The notes under the pieces were generated by a model. The model saw only the letters and a program-made list of their open reading frames with translations. It made no database searches and was not told the DNA's origin. The translations under genes and the position numbers were made by a program. Source: an uncultured Gammaproteobacteria bacterium (GTDB taxonomy: Bacteria; Patescibacteriota; Patescibacteriia; Magasanikbacterales; GWA2-37-8). Taken from it: a DNA stretch of 64,000 nucleotides. Below are positions 29,921 to 38,171 of this stretch, piece by piece. The stretch is from positions 109,642 to 173,641 of the forward strand of contig CAYOXC010000001.1 of the NCBI GenBank assembly GCA_964407865.1, written 5' to 3'. Each line of letters starts with the position of its first letter. Positions within the stretch are counted from its first letter, which is position 1.

Positions 29921-30964
29921 ATGGGCATATTCATTGCTTCAATGACATTGGCTTTTGTCCTGACCCTGGCGGTCAGGTATTTAGCTATCAAAATGAAGGT
30001 TATAGATTTGCCGGACAAAGAACGAAAGTTTCACGATAAACCAACGCCGCTTTTTGGCGGTTTGGCAATTTATATCACTTTCTGGCTGGTTTTAGGCTGG
30101 CTGTTATTTTTTACTGATTTTACTCATAAGCATTTGTCTAACGGAAGTTTGTTAGCAATATTTCTGGGAAGCACAATTTTAATCATTGTCGGATTGCTAG
30201 ATGATAAATATAAAATATCGCCAAAAGCTCGCCTGCTTGTCACAGCCATGGCGGCATTATGTATAATTTTAGGTGGAACTGAATTTTCAGCCGTAACCAA
30301 CCCGTTTGGCGGCACAATACCGTTGGATATTTTGAAAATCGGCAATTTTTTAGTTTTAGCAAATATTGTAATTTTTTTCTGGCTTGTAGGCATGACTTAT
30401 ACTATTAAAATATTAGACGGACTGGACGGACTTGCTGCCGGCATCGCCTTGATTGGATTTCTGATGATATATTTTCTTACGAGAAAAGGAATATTTTACC
30501 AGGCGGACATTTCAACAATCTCGCTAGTTTTAGCCGGCGCTTGTTCTGGTTTTTTAATATTAAATTTTCACAAAGCGGAGATATTTTTGGGAGAGAGCGG
30601 CGGGTTGTTTTTGGGTTTTATTCTCGGCGTATTGGCTATTGTTGCCGGTGGAAAATTTGCCACCGCGCTTTTAGTGCTGGCAGTGCCGATATTAGATTTA
30701 GTCCGTGTTATATATTTAAGAATTAAAATTAAACAGCCTCTATTTCAAGGCGATCGCAGGCATCTTCACTTTGAAATGCTCAATTTGGGGATAGGTCATG
30801 TTCAAGCGGTAGTTTTATTGTATTTGATTGCTTTTAGTTTTGGCATAACAACTCTTTTTTTAAAGAGTTGGGGCAAGCTCATAGTTTTATTTATATTGAC
30901 ATGCGGCATGGTAGCGCTTGGAATTTGGCTCACAAAAAAAGAACAAGTAAGTAAACACGCATGA
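29921..30964 (+). CDS. MraY/WecA-family polyprenyl-phosphate sugar-1-phosphate transferase.
   Basis: About 10 transmembrane helices, with DDKYKISP..., ILDGLDGLAAG and NFHKAEIFLGESGGLFLG motifs of the MraY/WecA family. Confidence 0.75.
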   Translation: MGIFIASMTLAFVLTLAVRYLAIKMKVIDLPDKERKFHDKPTPLFGGLAIYITFWLVLGWLLFFTDFTHKHLSNGSLLAIFLGSTILIIVGLLDDKYKISPKARLLVTAMAALCIILGGTEFSAVTNPFGGTIPLDILKIGNFLVLANIVIFFWLVGMTYTIKILDGLDGLAAGIALIGFLMIYFLTRKGIFYQADISTISLVLAGACSGFLILNFHKAEIFLGESGGLFLGFILGVLAIVAGGKFATALLVLAVPILDLVRVIYLRIKIKQPLFQGDRRHLHFEMLNLGIGHVQAVVLLYLIAFSFGITTLFLKSWGKLIVLFILTCGMVALGIWLTKKEQVSKHA

Positions 30965-31434
30965 ACGAAAAAAAAGTTATAAAAAAATGGCAGTTTGTAC
31001 TTTTTGCCGTAATAGCAATATCTTTTTTAGTTTTAAAAGTTTATGATTGGTTTTATTGGCCGAAAGGGGATGTATTATTTGGCGATAAGTCTATCAAAGT
31101 TTTAATCGCCGATAGGCCGAGCCACCAATATAAGGGTTGGAGCGATAGAAATAGCATGGGTTCTGTTGAAGGAATGTGGTTTGATTTTAATTCTCGCGCC
31201 TATTACATTATGGTGATGCGCGATATGAAATTTCCATTGGATATTATTTGGATTGATGACGGTAAAATTATTGACATCGCGCCTTCGCTTCAGCCAGAGC
31301 CTGAACGTGAGGAATCGCAGTTAACGCAATATAGGCCACGTTTGCCAGCTACAGATGTTTTAGAGGTGAAAGCAGGTTTTATAGCAGAAAATAGCCTTAA
31401 AATAGGAGATACGGTTGAATTGATTAGATATTGA
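30961..31434 (+). CDS. DUF192 (COG1430) domain protein with a signal anchor.
   Basis: KVLIADRPSHQYKGWSDRNSM...GMWFDFNS...MRDMKFPLDIIWID resembles DUF192. Confidence 0.7.
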   Translation: MNEKKVIKKWQFVLFAVIAISFLVLKVYDWFYWPKGDVLFGDKSIKVLIADRPSHQYKGWSDRNSMGSVEGMWFDFNSRAYYIMVMRDMKFPLDIIWIDDGKIIDIAPSLQPEPEREESQLTQYRPRLPATDVLEVKAGFIAENSLKIGDTVELIRY

Positions 31435-31462
31435 CAAAGATTGTGTTTTCCGCTATTCTATA

Positions 31463-31598
31463 GCCGGGCAAGCTAAGTTCAAGGTAAAAAAGATCGTCAA
31501 AGCGAACATAAGTCGTTTTACTCCTCGGTTGGTATTTGAACCATCCAAAACGGACTAGAAACGCAGTCGCACAGAGTGTCGAACTTAGCTTGCCCGCC
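31463..31598. repeat. Long-range inverted repeat (18-bp arms, 1 mismatch) enclosing ~100 nt. It is a candidate structured RNA or MITE-like element.
   Basis: GCCGGGCAAGCTAAGTTC (31463-31480) pairs with GAACTTAGCTTGCCCGCC (31581-31598). Confidence 0.5.
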
Positions 31599-31636
31599 AT
31601 TTATAATAAATCTGGTTTACATTCAAAATTGCCAGT

Positions 31637-31661
31637 TACTAATTACAAAATACTAATTACT
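31637..31661 (+). promoter_or_regulatory. Conserved 25-nt TACTAATTAC-type motif abutting the rplU start codon.
   Basis: TACTAATTACAAAATACTAATTACT ends 4 nt before the ATG. A near-identical copy lies at 37714-37737. Confidence 0.4.
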
Positions 31662-31665
31662 CATT

Positions 31666-31971
31666 ATGATTTCAGTTATTGAAACCGGCGGGAAACAATA
31701 TCTTGTTAAGACCGGACAGGTATTAAAAATTGAAAAACTTGAAGCCAAAGAAGGCGAGAAGGTTGTTTTTGATAAGGTTCTTCTTACAGCCAATGATGAA
31801 GGTGGAAATGTCAAAATTGGCAATCCGTATTTAGAAGGTGTTGCTCTAGAAGCAGTAATTGAAAAACAGGGACGCGACAAAAAGATCAGGGTTGAAAAAT
31901 ATAAACGAAAAATTAGATACCACAAAGTTTACGGCCACAGACAGCCTTTTACTAAAGTGAAGACGTCCTAA
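31666..31971 (+). CDS. rplU: 50S ribosomal protein L21.
   Basis: MISVIETGGKQYLVKTGQVLKIEKL... Confidence 0.9.
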   Translation: MISVIETGGKQYLVKTGQVLKIEKLEAKEGEKVVFDKVLLTANDEGGNVKIGNPYLEGVALEAVIEKQGRDKKIRVEKYKRKIRYHKVYGHRQPFTKVKTS

Positions 31972-31984
31972 TTATATTTAAAAA

Positions 31985-32014
31985 CCCCGGAATAATTTCC
32001 GGGGTTTTTTATTT
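31985..32014 (+). terminator. Rho-independent terminator after rplU.
   Basis: CCCCGGAA-taat-TTCCGGGG followed by TTTTTTATTTT. Confidence 0.7.
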
Positions 32015-32140
32015 TCAGAACGCTAAATTTTGTAATTTTTAAATTTTAATTTTGTAAATAATTTTTAATGTCAAATTTTTAAACATTGAAAATTAAGATT
32101 TATTTAAAAATTATAAAATTAAAAATTTTTAAATTATATT

Positions 32141-32743
32141 TTACTTCCGATTCTTCAAAGCACTAGTAAGTGTTATCTCATCGGCGTATTCCAGATCAGA
32201 ACCCATTGGCAATCCGCGCGCTAGCCGAGTCGTTTTTATTTTAGGCCAATTTTTTTTAATTTGCCTTTCAATATACATGGCAGTGGTTTCTCCAGGCAGA
32301 TCAGGGTTTAGAGCTAAAATCACTTCCTTAACTTCATTTGGTTTGGACGCTAGGCGTTTCCACAATTCTTTTGTTTTAAGGCTGTTGTTTACTCTAGATT
32401 CGTCTGCTAAATCAACAACACCTCTTAAGACATGATATAAACCTTTAAATTCATTTGTTTTTTCCAGAGCGGCCAGATCCTGTGAGCCGGCGACAACACA
32501 GACGATTGATTTGTCGCGTCTTATGTCTGCGCAAATTGGACAGGGTGATGTTTCACTAAAATTCCAGCAGACCTCACAGCTTTTAACGCGCTTTAATAAA
32601 TATTCAAGTGCCTGGCGCATTTCATCAACATCTTTTTTTCCTTTCGACAACCAATGAAAAACAAAACGCTCAGCCATTTTTTGGCCGACCGAAGGGAGTT
32701 TTTTCAACTCATCAATCAGCTGGTTAATTGCTTTTGAATACAC
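32141..32743 (-). CDS. recR: Recombination protein RecR.
   Basis: PSVGQKMAERF, the zinc finger CEVCWNF...CPIC, and a Toprim region. Confidence 0.9.
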   Translation of the reverse strand: MYSKAINQLIDELKKLPSVGQKMAERFVFHWLSKGKKDVDEMRQALEYLLKRVKSCEVCWNFSETSPCPICADIRRDKSIVCVVAGSQDLAALEKTNEFKGLYHVLRGVVDLADESRVNNSLKTKELWKRLASKPNEVKEVILALNPDLPGETTAMYIERQIKKNWPKIKTTRLARGLPMGSDLEYADEITLTSALKNRK

Positions 32744-32749
32744 AGGCGA

Positions 32750-33058
32750 TTATTTTCCAAAACCGGGAATATTAAGATCTCCCATGGATTGCATTTTTGT
32801 TGCAGCCGTTCGCTGCATTTTTTTCAGGGCGTCATTATGAGCGTCAACCAGCGCTTTCTGCAATTTATCTTTTTTGTCAGGGCTTAGCATCTCAGGATCA
32901 ATCTCGACATTTTTTAAGGTAAATGTGCCATCCATTGTTATTTTAACTTTACCAAAAGAAGCTTCAGCGGTAGTGGACTCCTGGCTTAATACATCCTGAA
33001 CTTTCTTGCCTTGCTCGCGCAAATCTTTGAACTCTTTTAATTTTGAGAAAACGGACAT
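32750..33058 (-). CDS. ybaB: YbaB/EbfC nucleoid-associated protein.
   Basis: The protein is about 100 aa with ...ASFGKVKITMDGTF....NVEIDPEML, and sits in the conserved position next to recR. Confidence 0.85.
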   Translation of the reverse strand: MSVFSKLKEFKDLREQGKKVQDVLSQESTTAEASFGKVKITMDGTFTLKNVEIDPEMLSPDKKDKLQKALVDAHNDALKKMQRTAATKMQSMGDLNIPGFGK

Positions 33059-33139
33059 AATGTGGATAGATTACTGTTTAATATTTATTAAATAATTTTT
33101 TATAATCCTAACATTTCTTAATAAATTGTCACCAAAATA

Positions 33140-33219
33140 CTAAACCCTAATTTCTAAATCCAAACCTTAAACCTATTGCTAACTACTAACTACTAACTAC
33201 TAATTACTAATTACTAATC
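33140..33219. repeat. Degenerate heptamer tandem array (about 11 copies) between dnaB and ybaB.
   Basis: CTAAACC CTAATTT CTAAATC CAAACCT TAAACCT ATTGCTA ACTACTA ACTACTA ACTACTA ATTACTA ATTACTA. Confidence 0.6.
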
Positions 33220-34704
33220 TCACATTGGCGGGGTTTCGGGATTATTGGGTTTATTTACAAAATCAGATTTAGGTCTAAGTTTTTGTGCCGCCGGCTGAAC
33301 CTGAGCCAAATCTTTTCGCGCTCCCATATCAAGAGTGCGGAATGATGTATAGGCCTCATTAAAGAATAATTTAACTACACCGGTCGGACCATTTCTGTGC
33401 TTAGCAATATGCAATTCAGCGATATACATTTCATCGGGTGGAATATCCTCGCGTCGATAATTTCTATCAGCTGATTTTCTGTAGATAAACATAACCACAT
33501 CAGCATCTTGTTCAATAGAACCGGATTCTCTTAGGTGTGATAGTTTAGGAATAGCCGGCTTGCTTTGTTCAACCACGCGTGAAAGCTGAGATAGGGCGAT
33601 TACGGGCACATCTAATTCTCTGGCAATTCCTTTTAGTCCTCGGGTTATTTCAGATATTTCTTGGACTCTGTTTTGCTCTCCGCGCATCCTGGATTCCATT
33701 AATTGCAGGTAATCAATAACTATAAGCCCCAAACCGTGCTCTGCCTGCAAACGTCTGGCTTTTGTTCTCAGTTGCAACACGTTTATTGTTGGAGAATCAT
33801 CTATGAAAATCGGCGCTTCTGAAAGAGCCCCGATAGCGTGTCCAATTCTTGGAAAGTCGCTATCCTCAGGCCTGTCAGATAGGCGGCCGCTTCTCAATCG
33901 CCACAAATCAACGCTGGCTTCGGCGCAGAGCAGGCGATCAACCAGTTGTTCCTTGCTCATTTCTAAAGAAAATAGTCCGACCGGTTTTTTTAAACGCGCA
34001 CCAACGTGGCGAATAAAATCCAAAGCCAATGAAGTTTTTCCAACACTCGGCCGGGCAGCTAAGACAATAAGATCAGATTTTTGAAAACCGGTAAGTATGT
34101 CATCGAGTTGTCTAAAACCGCTGGCCAGTCCACGCAACTGTCCTTTGTTTTTGTGTAGTTCGTCAATTCTATCAAAAGCTTCAGTCAGCACTCCGCGGAT
34201 TGGAGTAAAGCTTTGTTTAAAATAATTCTGTGAAACTCCAAATAAATGACGCTGAGCTTCATCAAGCACTTGGTCAATCTCACCTTCTTCTTGAAAACCA
34301 AGTCTGGATATTTCATGTGCGGCTGATACCAAGCGGCGTCTAGTTGCCTTGCGATGAACTATTTGAGCGTATTGTATAACATTGGAAGCTGTTGGAACTG
34401 AATCGGCCAGATTGACCAAATAGGATTTTCCGCCAATATTATCTAAAAGCCCCTTTTCACTCAGGCGATTGCTCAGTGTCAAAAGATCAACCGGTTCGTT
34501 TCGTGAATAGAGTTCAATCATTGTTTCATAAATTTTTCCATTTCCAGTTTTATAGAAATCATCCGGTGAAACAATGTCGGCAATTTTTAAAACAGCATCC
34601 TTATCCAAGAGGAGCGAACCTAGAAGAGACATTTCCGCCTCCAAGCTTTGTGGCGGAATTTTATCGATTTGATTATCTGACATATATATCTTTTTTCCCT
34701 CCAT
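33220..34704 (-). CDS. dnaB: Replicative DNA helicase DnaB.
   Basis: N-terminal PQSLEAEMSLLGSLLLD, Walker A ARPSVGKTSLALDF, and the DnaB C-terminal helicase motifs. Confidence 0.9.
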   Translation of the reverse strand: MEGKKIYMSDNQIDKIPPQSLEAEMSLLGSLLLDKDAVLKIADIVSPDDFYKTGNGKIYETMIELYSRNEPVDLLTLSNRLSEKGLLDNIGGKSYLVNLADSVPTASNVIQYAQIVHRKATRRRLVSAAHEISRLGFQEEGEIDQVLDEAQRHLFGVSQNYFKQSFTPIRGVLTEAFDRIDELHKNKGQLRGLASGFRQLDDILTGFQKSDLIVLAARPSVGKTSLALDFIRHVGARLKKPVGLFSLEMSKEQLVDRLLCAEASVDLWRLRSGRLSDRPEDSDFPRIGHAIGALSEAPIFIDDSPTINVLQLRTKARRLQAEHGLGLIVIDYLQLMESRMRGEQNRVQEISEITRGLKGIARELDVPVIALSQLSRVVEQSKPAIPKLSHLRESGSIEQDADVVMFIYRKSADRNYRREDIPPDEMYIAELHIAKHRNGPTGVVKLFFNEAYTSFRTLDMGARKDLAQVQPAAQKLRPKSDFVNKPNNPETPPM

Positions 34705-34780
34705 CTTGCATCAGTATATTACCGAAGACGAGGTATTAAAGCAAGGGTCAAAAAGAGGAAAAAATGTGTTTAAACTGTTA

Positions 34781-34808
34781 ATTAAAACCCCGACGGATAG
34801 TCGGGGTT
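34781..34808 (-). terminator. Rho-independent terminator after the CDP-alcohol phosphatidyltransferase gene (minus strand).
   Basis: AAACCCCGAC-ggatag-TCGGGGTTT, followed by a T-rich stretch when read on the minus strand. Confidence 0.6.
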
Positions 34809-34827
34809 TATGGCAGTAACGAACGTC

Positions 34828-35466
34828 TTAGTGCCTATTATTTTTGTGGTAAAAGGAAAGAAAGGCAAAAGGCAGGGATAATGCAATCAGAGCAATGCCC
34901 ATCCAAAAGGCACCACCTTGCGCCACGGGATAGGCGAGCATCAGGAATCCTAGCCCCCATAACTGCAAATTGAATTTGATTTTTCCGGAATAGTCGGCTT
35001 TGAGCTCGCGCTTTATTCCGCTTTGCATTTTGTTGTGGTGATAGTCGTCTATGCGAATTGCCGCGATTAAGGTTTCTTCAGAAATAGACAGTACCACCAC
35101 AAGCAGTTGCGCGCCAATATTGATATCAGGATCGTTGGTACTAAAAACAATAAAAGTTATGAGAAGGGCGAGTAGGGCATAGTAGATCTTGTCTGCCATG
35201 GGGTCTAGAAATTTACCCCAATCACTTTCACAATTTCTGGATCGAGCCAGCGCGCCATCTACATAGTCAAGCAAACTGTTGACGACGTAAGCAGTGATAG
35301 CCAAGAGTTTATAGTCAAAATAGAGAAGCAAGAAGATCGGTATGACCATAATCACCCTGAAATAGGTGACTCCGTTCGGCGATATCCACAAAGGCACCGC
35401 CCGAAGAAGAACCGGCTGCGAGCATTCGTTTAGCCATTGATAGAATCTTTTAAAGAGCGGCTCCAT
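34828..35466 (-). CDS. CDP-alcohol phosphatidyltransferase family protein.
   Basis: DYVDGALAR...G...DPMADK matches the CDP-OH_P_transf motif, and the protein is a multi-pass membrane protein. Confidence 0.7.
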   Translation of the reverse strand: MEPLFKRFYQWLNECSQPVLLRAVPLWISPNGVTYFRVIMVIPIFLLLYFDYKLLAITAYVVNSLLDYVDGALARSRNCESDWGKFLDPMADKIYYALLALLITFIVFSTNDPDINIGAQLLVVVLSISEETLIAAIRIDDYHHNKMQSGIKRELKADYSGKIKFNLQLWGLGFLMLAYPVAQGGAFWMGIALIALSLPFAFLSFYHKNNRH

Positions 35467-35528
35467 AATATTTTTACCCTCCCTCTATGTTTTGAACCAT
35501 TTCAAAACTGACTTAGAGTAGTACAGTT

Positions 35529-37697
35529 TTGCTATTTCTGTCAATTATTTGTATAATTATAATAATTTTCAATTATATGTATTCGTATTTATTGCGTTTT
35601 CTTGGGCTTATTGCCACAGTGGTTTTGCTTTATGTCAATGTTGAAGTTTGGCAGTTTAACTGGTTGTCCTGGGTGGTTTTGGTGATATTTTTTTGGTTGG
35701 CCTCTTCCCATTATGAGGGTGTCATTGTTGAGCGTTTCGGGTTTCGTTCGGGTGTTAGATCAAAAATTCTAGGCGCTTTTATATTATTGGTTGTTTTTGG
35801 CTGCCTAACAGGCATGACAATTGTTTTTTGGACGCTAAATCCAGTCTCTATTGCAATTTCATTGATCATAAGTAGTTTTATTGGTGCAACACTGGCACCA
35901 ATAGAACATATTCAGACAAATGCGCCAGTGGTTGAAGAAGTAGATGGCGGAGCGGTATTAGTTGATAAAAAATCGTATTTAGTGTTTTTTTTCGTTTTTG
36001 CTTTTTTTGGTTTTATAACGCTTTTTTTGTCTTCAAACGAGATTCATTTATTTACTCCATGGCAGACAATTCCCGGTTATTATATTTATCTATATTTTCT
36101 TTTACTTCTTTTATCCGGCGGAATTGTCTTTTCGAATTTTCGAGTTTCAATTATTTTAACAGTTTTAGTAGTGCAATTTTTGCTTGCTTTTTCATATTTG
36201 CCCCTGACTCACAAAATATTTTGGGGGGCTGATGGCTGGAGGCACAAAGCAGTAATTGACAGCATTGTTTCTGGTGAATCGATAGTTATAAAGAATTTTT
36301 CTGAAAACGCCGGTTGGGTAGAAAAAATAAATCCTGGTCTTTTTTCATATAGTCAGTTCTGGGGAATTTTGTCTTCAACTTCAATAATTACCGGTCTTGA
36401 TTCGGTATATTCAATTGCTTGGCTTTTGCCGCTTTTAGCCGGTATTTTACTACCGCTTTTGCTCTACGAAATTGGGCGAGCGCTTCAGTGGACCAGGCGA
36501 AGTTCTTTATTTTTAGCCTGGTTTGGGCTGTTTCCATTTGCGCTACAAATGGTCGGCGCGTTTTCCTTGCCTGTGAGCATGGGTTTTTTAGTATTTTTAC
36601 TTTTTTTGTTATTGCTGATCAGGCGTTCACATGAGAAAAAGAGAGGGCAAATAGCTTTGCTTATCGGACTGATTATTTTATCATTTTTTGGCTATGCTCT
36701 CTTTACAATCCTGATGATATTTAGCTTTGCGGCATTAGAATTAATGAATCTTATTAGATTTAAAAAAGAAAAAAATGAAATTTTTTCTGTGGTAATTGTT
36801 TCTTTGTGCGCGTTATTTATTATTCCGGTCATAGAATTGGTTGCCGGTTATTCGCATTTTAACGGCAGTATTAATTATATTAATTCAGCAACACAGGTTA
36901 TCGGGAATTTTTCGGGATATTTTTTGGCAGATGGACCGCGGCCGCATATCATTGATACTGGAAATGTATTTTTTAATCAGATACCTGTCTATGCCTTTGT
37001 TTCAAACAGTCTAACCTCTTGGCGCTGGTGGATTATAGCTTTTATGGTCCTATTTTTTATAGGAGCGATTATCGGCCTACAAAAAATATTTAAACAAGGG
37101 TCTCAATCTGAAAAATTTTTAGCAGCAACTGGGGCGGGTTTATTTATGAGCTACGTATTAACCAGATATTTTTTGACTGGCGAACATATTCTTAGCCGGC
37201 GTCTGGACGCCACCTTGGCGTTTCTGGCCATATTATTTGTCGTCGCCTCAATAAAATACGCCATCAACCACAATAAGTTCGCCGCCATGTTTTTTGTTTT
37301 GATTATTTCAATTGGAGCAACCGCTTCATACTCGCTCGGTCCCTATAGCCAGGCGATGAGCAGTGATGAATATCGTGCCGCTCAATTTATTTGGACAAAT
37401 ATAAAAAATGATAATAATTTTTGCATTGTGGCTGACACGTATCCGCTCCTCGCGCTCGAAGCAATTTCTCACAAAAAAATTATCGGAGGCGGTTTCCCTA
37501 TAAATGAAAATTTTGCCCAGCCAGAATTAGGTGTTTTATTTGAAGAAATGCGGGTTAGCTCAACTCCGGTTTTATGGCAGAAAGCAAGAGATTTAACAGG
37601 GGCTACATATTGTTACTTGATTATACCAGAGCAAAATAATTCATCAGAAAATGTGTCTTTAGGAAGATTCGGCAGTTTTACTGTATATAGAAATTAA
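35529..37697 (+). CDS. Large polytopic membrane protein of unknown function (possibly GT-C-like).
   Basis: At least 14 hydrophobic segments, with a C-terminal ~200-aa soluble region. I recognise no catalytic motif. Confidence 0.5.
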   Translation: MLFLSIICIIIIIFNYMYSYLLRFLGLIATVVLLYVNVEVWQFNWLSWVVLVIFFWLASSHYEGVIVERFGFRSGVRSKILGAFILLVVFGCLTGMTIVFWTLNPVSIAISLIISSFIGATLAPIEHIQTNAPVVEEVDGGAVLVDKKSYLVFFFVFAFFGFITLFLSSNEIHLFTPWQTIPGYYIYLYFLLLLLSGGIVFSNFRVSIILTVLVVQFLLAFSYLPLTHKIFWGADGWRHKAVIDSIVSGESIVIKNFSENAGWVEKINPGLFSYSQFWGILSSTSIITGLDSVYSIAWLLPLLAGILLPLLLYEIGRALQWTRRSSLFLAWFGLFPFALQMVGAFSLPVSMGFLVFLLFLLLLIRRSHEKKRGQIALLIGLIILSFFGYALFTILMIFSFAALELMNLIRFKKEKNEIFSVVIVSLCALFIIPVIELVAGYSHFNGSINYINSATQVIGNFSGYFLADGPRPHIIDTGNVFFNQIPVYAFVSNSLTSWRWWIIAFMVLFFIGAIIGLQKIFKQGSQSEKFLAATGAGLFMSYVLTRYFLTGEHILSRRLDATLAFLAILFVVASIKYAINHNKFAAMFFVLIISIGATASYSLGPYSQAMSSDEYRAAQFIWTNIKNDNNFCIVADTYPLLALEAISHKKIIGGGFPINENFAQPELGVLFEEMRVSSTPVLWQKARDLTGATYCYLIIPEQNNSSENVSLGRFGSFTVYRN

Positions 37698-37713
37698 ATT
37701 TTAAAATTTTAAG

Positions 37714-37737
37714 TACTAATTACAAATTACTAATTAT
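37714..37737 (+). promoter_or_regulatory. Second copy of the TACTAATTAC-type motif, abutting the HIT gene start codon.
   Basis: TACTAATTACAAATTACTAATTAT ends at the ATG at 37738. Confidence 0.4.
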
Positions 37738-38139
37738 ATGGATTGTATTTTTTGTAAAATCATATCAGGCGAGGTGCCTTGCCACAAAGTCTATGAAGAC
37801 GATAGTGTTTTGGCTTTTCTAGATATATTTCCACACGCCAAGGGACATACTGTCGTAGTTCCTAAAAAGCATTACACTACAATTTCGGAGTTTAACGGTA
37901 TTGAATGGCAAAATTTTGCCCTTGGTTTATACAGTGCTATGAATCGTGTCAATGATGTATTAAAACCCGAGGGGTATAATGTAGGTGTCAATGACAGGCC
38001 GGTGGCAGGGCAGGTTGTTCCGCATGTTCATTGGCATATTTTTCCGCGTTGGGAAGGCGACGGGGGAGGATCAGTTCACTCAATCATTAAAACCAAAGAG
38101 AAAATTAATGTTGACGAGTTAGCTAAACTTTTTGCTTAA
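37738..38139 (+). CDS. HIT-family (histidine triad) nucleotide hydrolase.
   Basis: CIFCKII..., and the HVHWHIFPR histidine triad. Confidence 0.85.
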   Translation: MDCIFCKIISGEVPCHKVYEDDSVLAFLDIFPHAKGHTVVVPKKHYTTISEFNGIEWQNFALGLYSAMNRVNDVLKPEGYNVGVNDRPVAGQVVPHVHWHIFPRWEGDGGGSVHSIIKTKEKINVDELAKLFA

Positions 38140-38171
38140 CCAAAAGGGTTTTTTGGTGTATAATAAGATTC

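Noticed and set aside
31463-31598. Considered whether the long inverted repeat hides a tRNA or an SRP/6S RNA.
   Set aside because: I found no cloverleaf (no D-arm or T-arm GTTCRANYC in proper register). I found no SRP helix-8 motif (GGAAGCAGCC-like). It is too short for RNase P or tmRNA. It is kept only as a generic candidate structured element.
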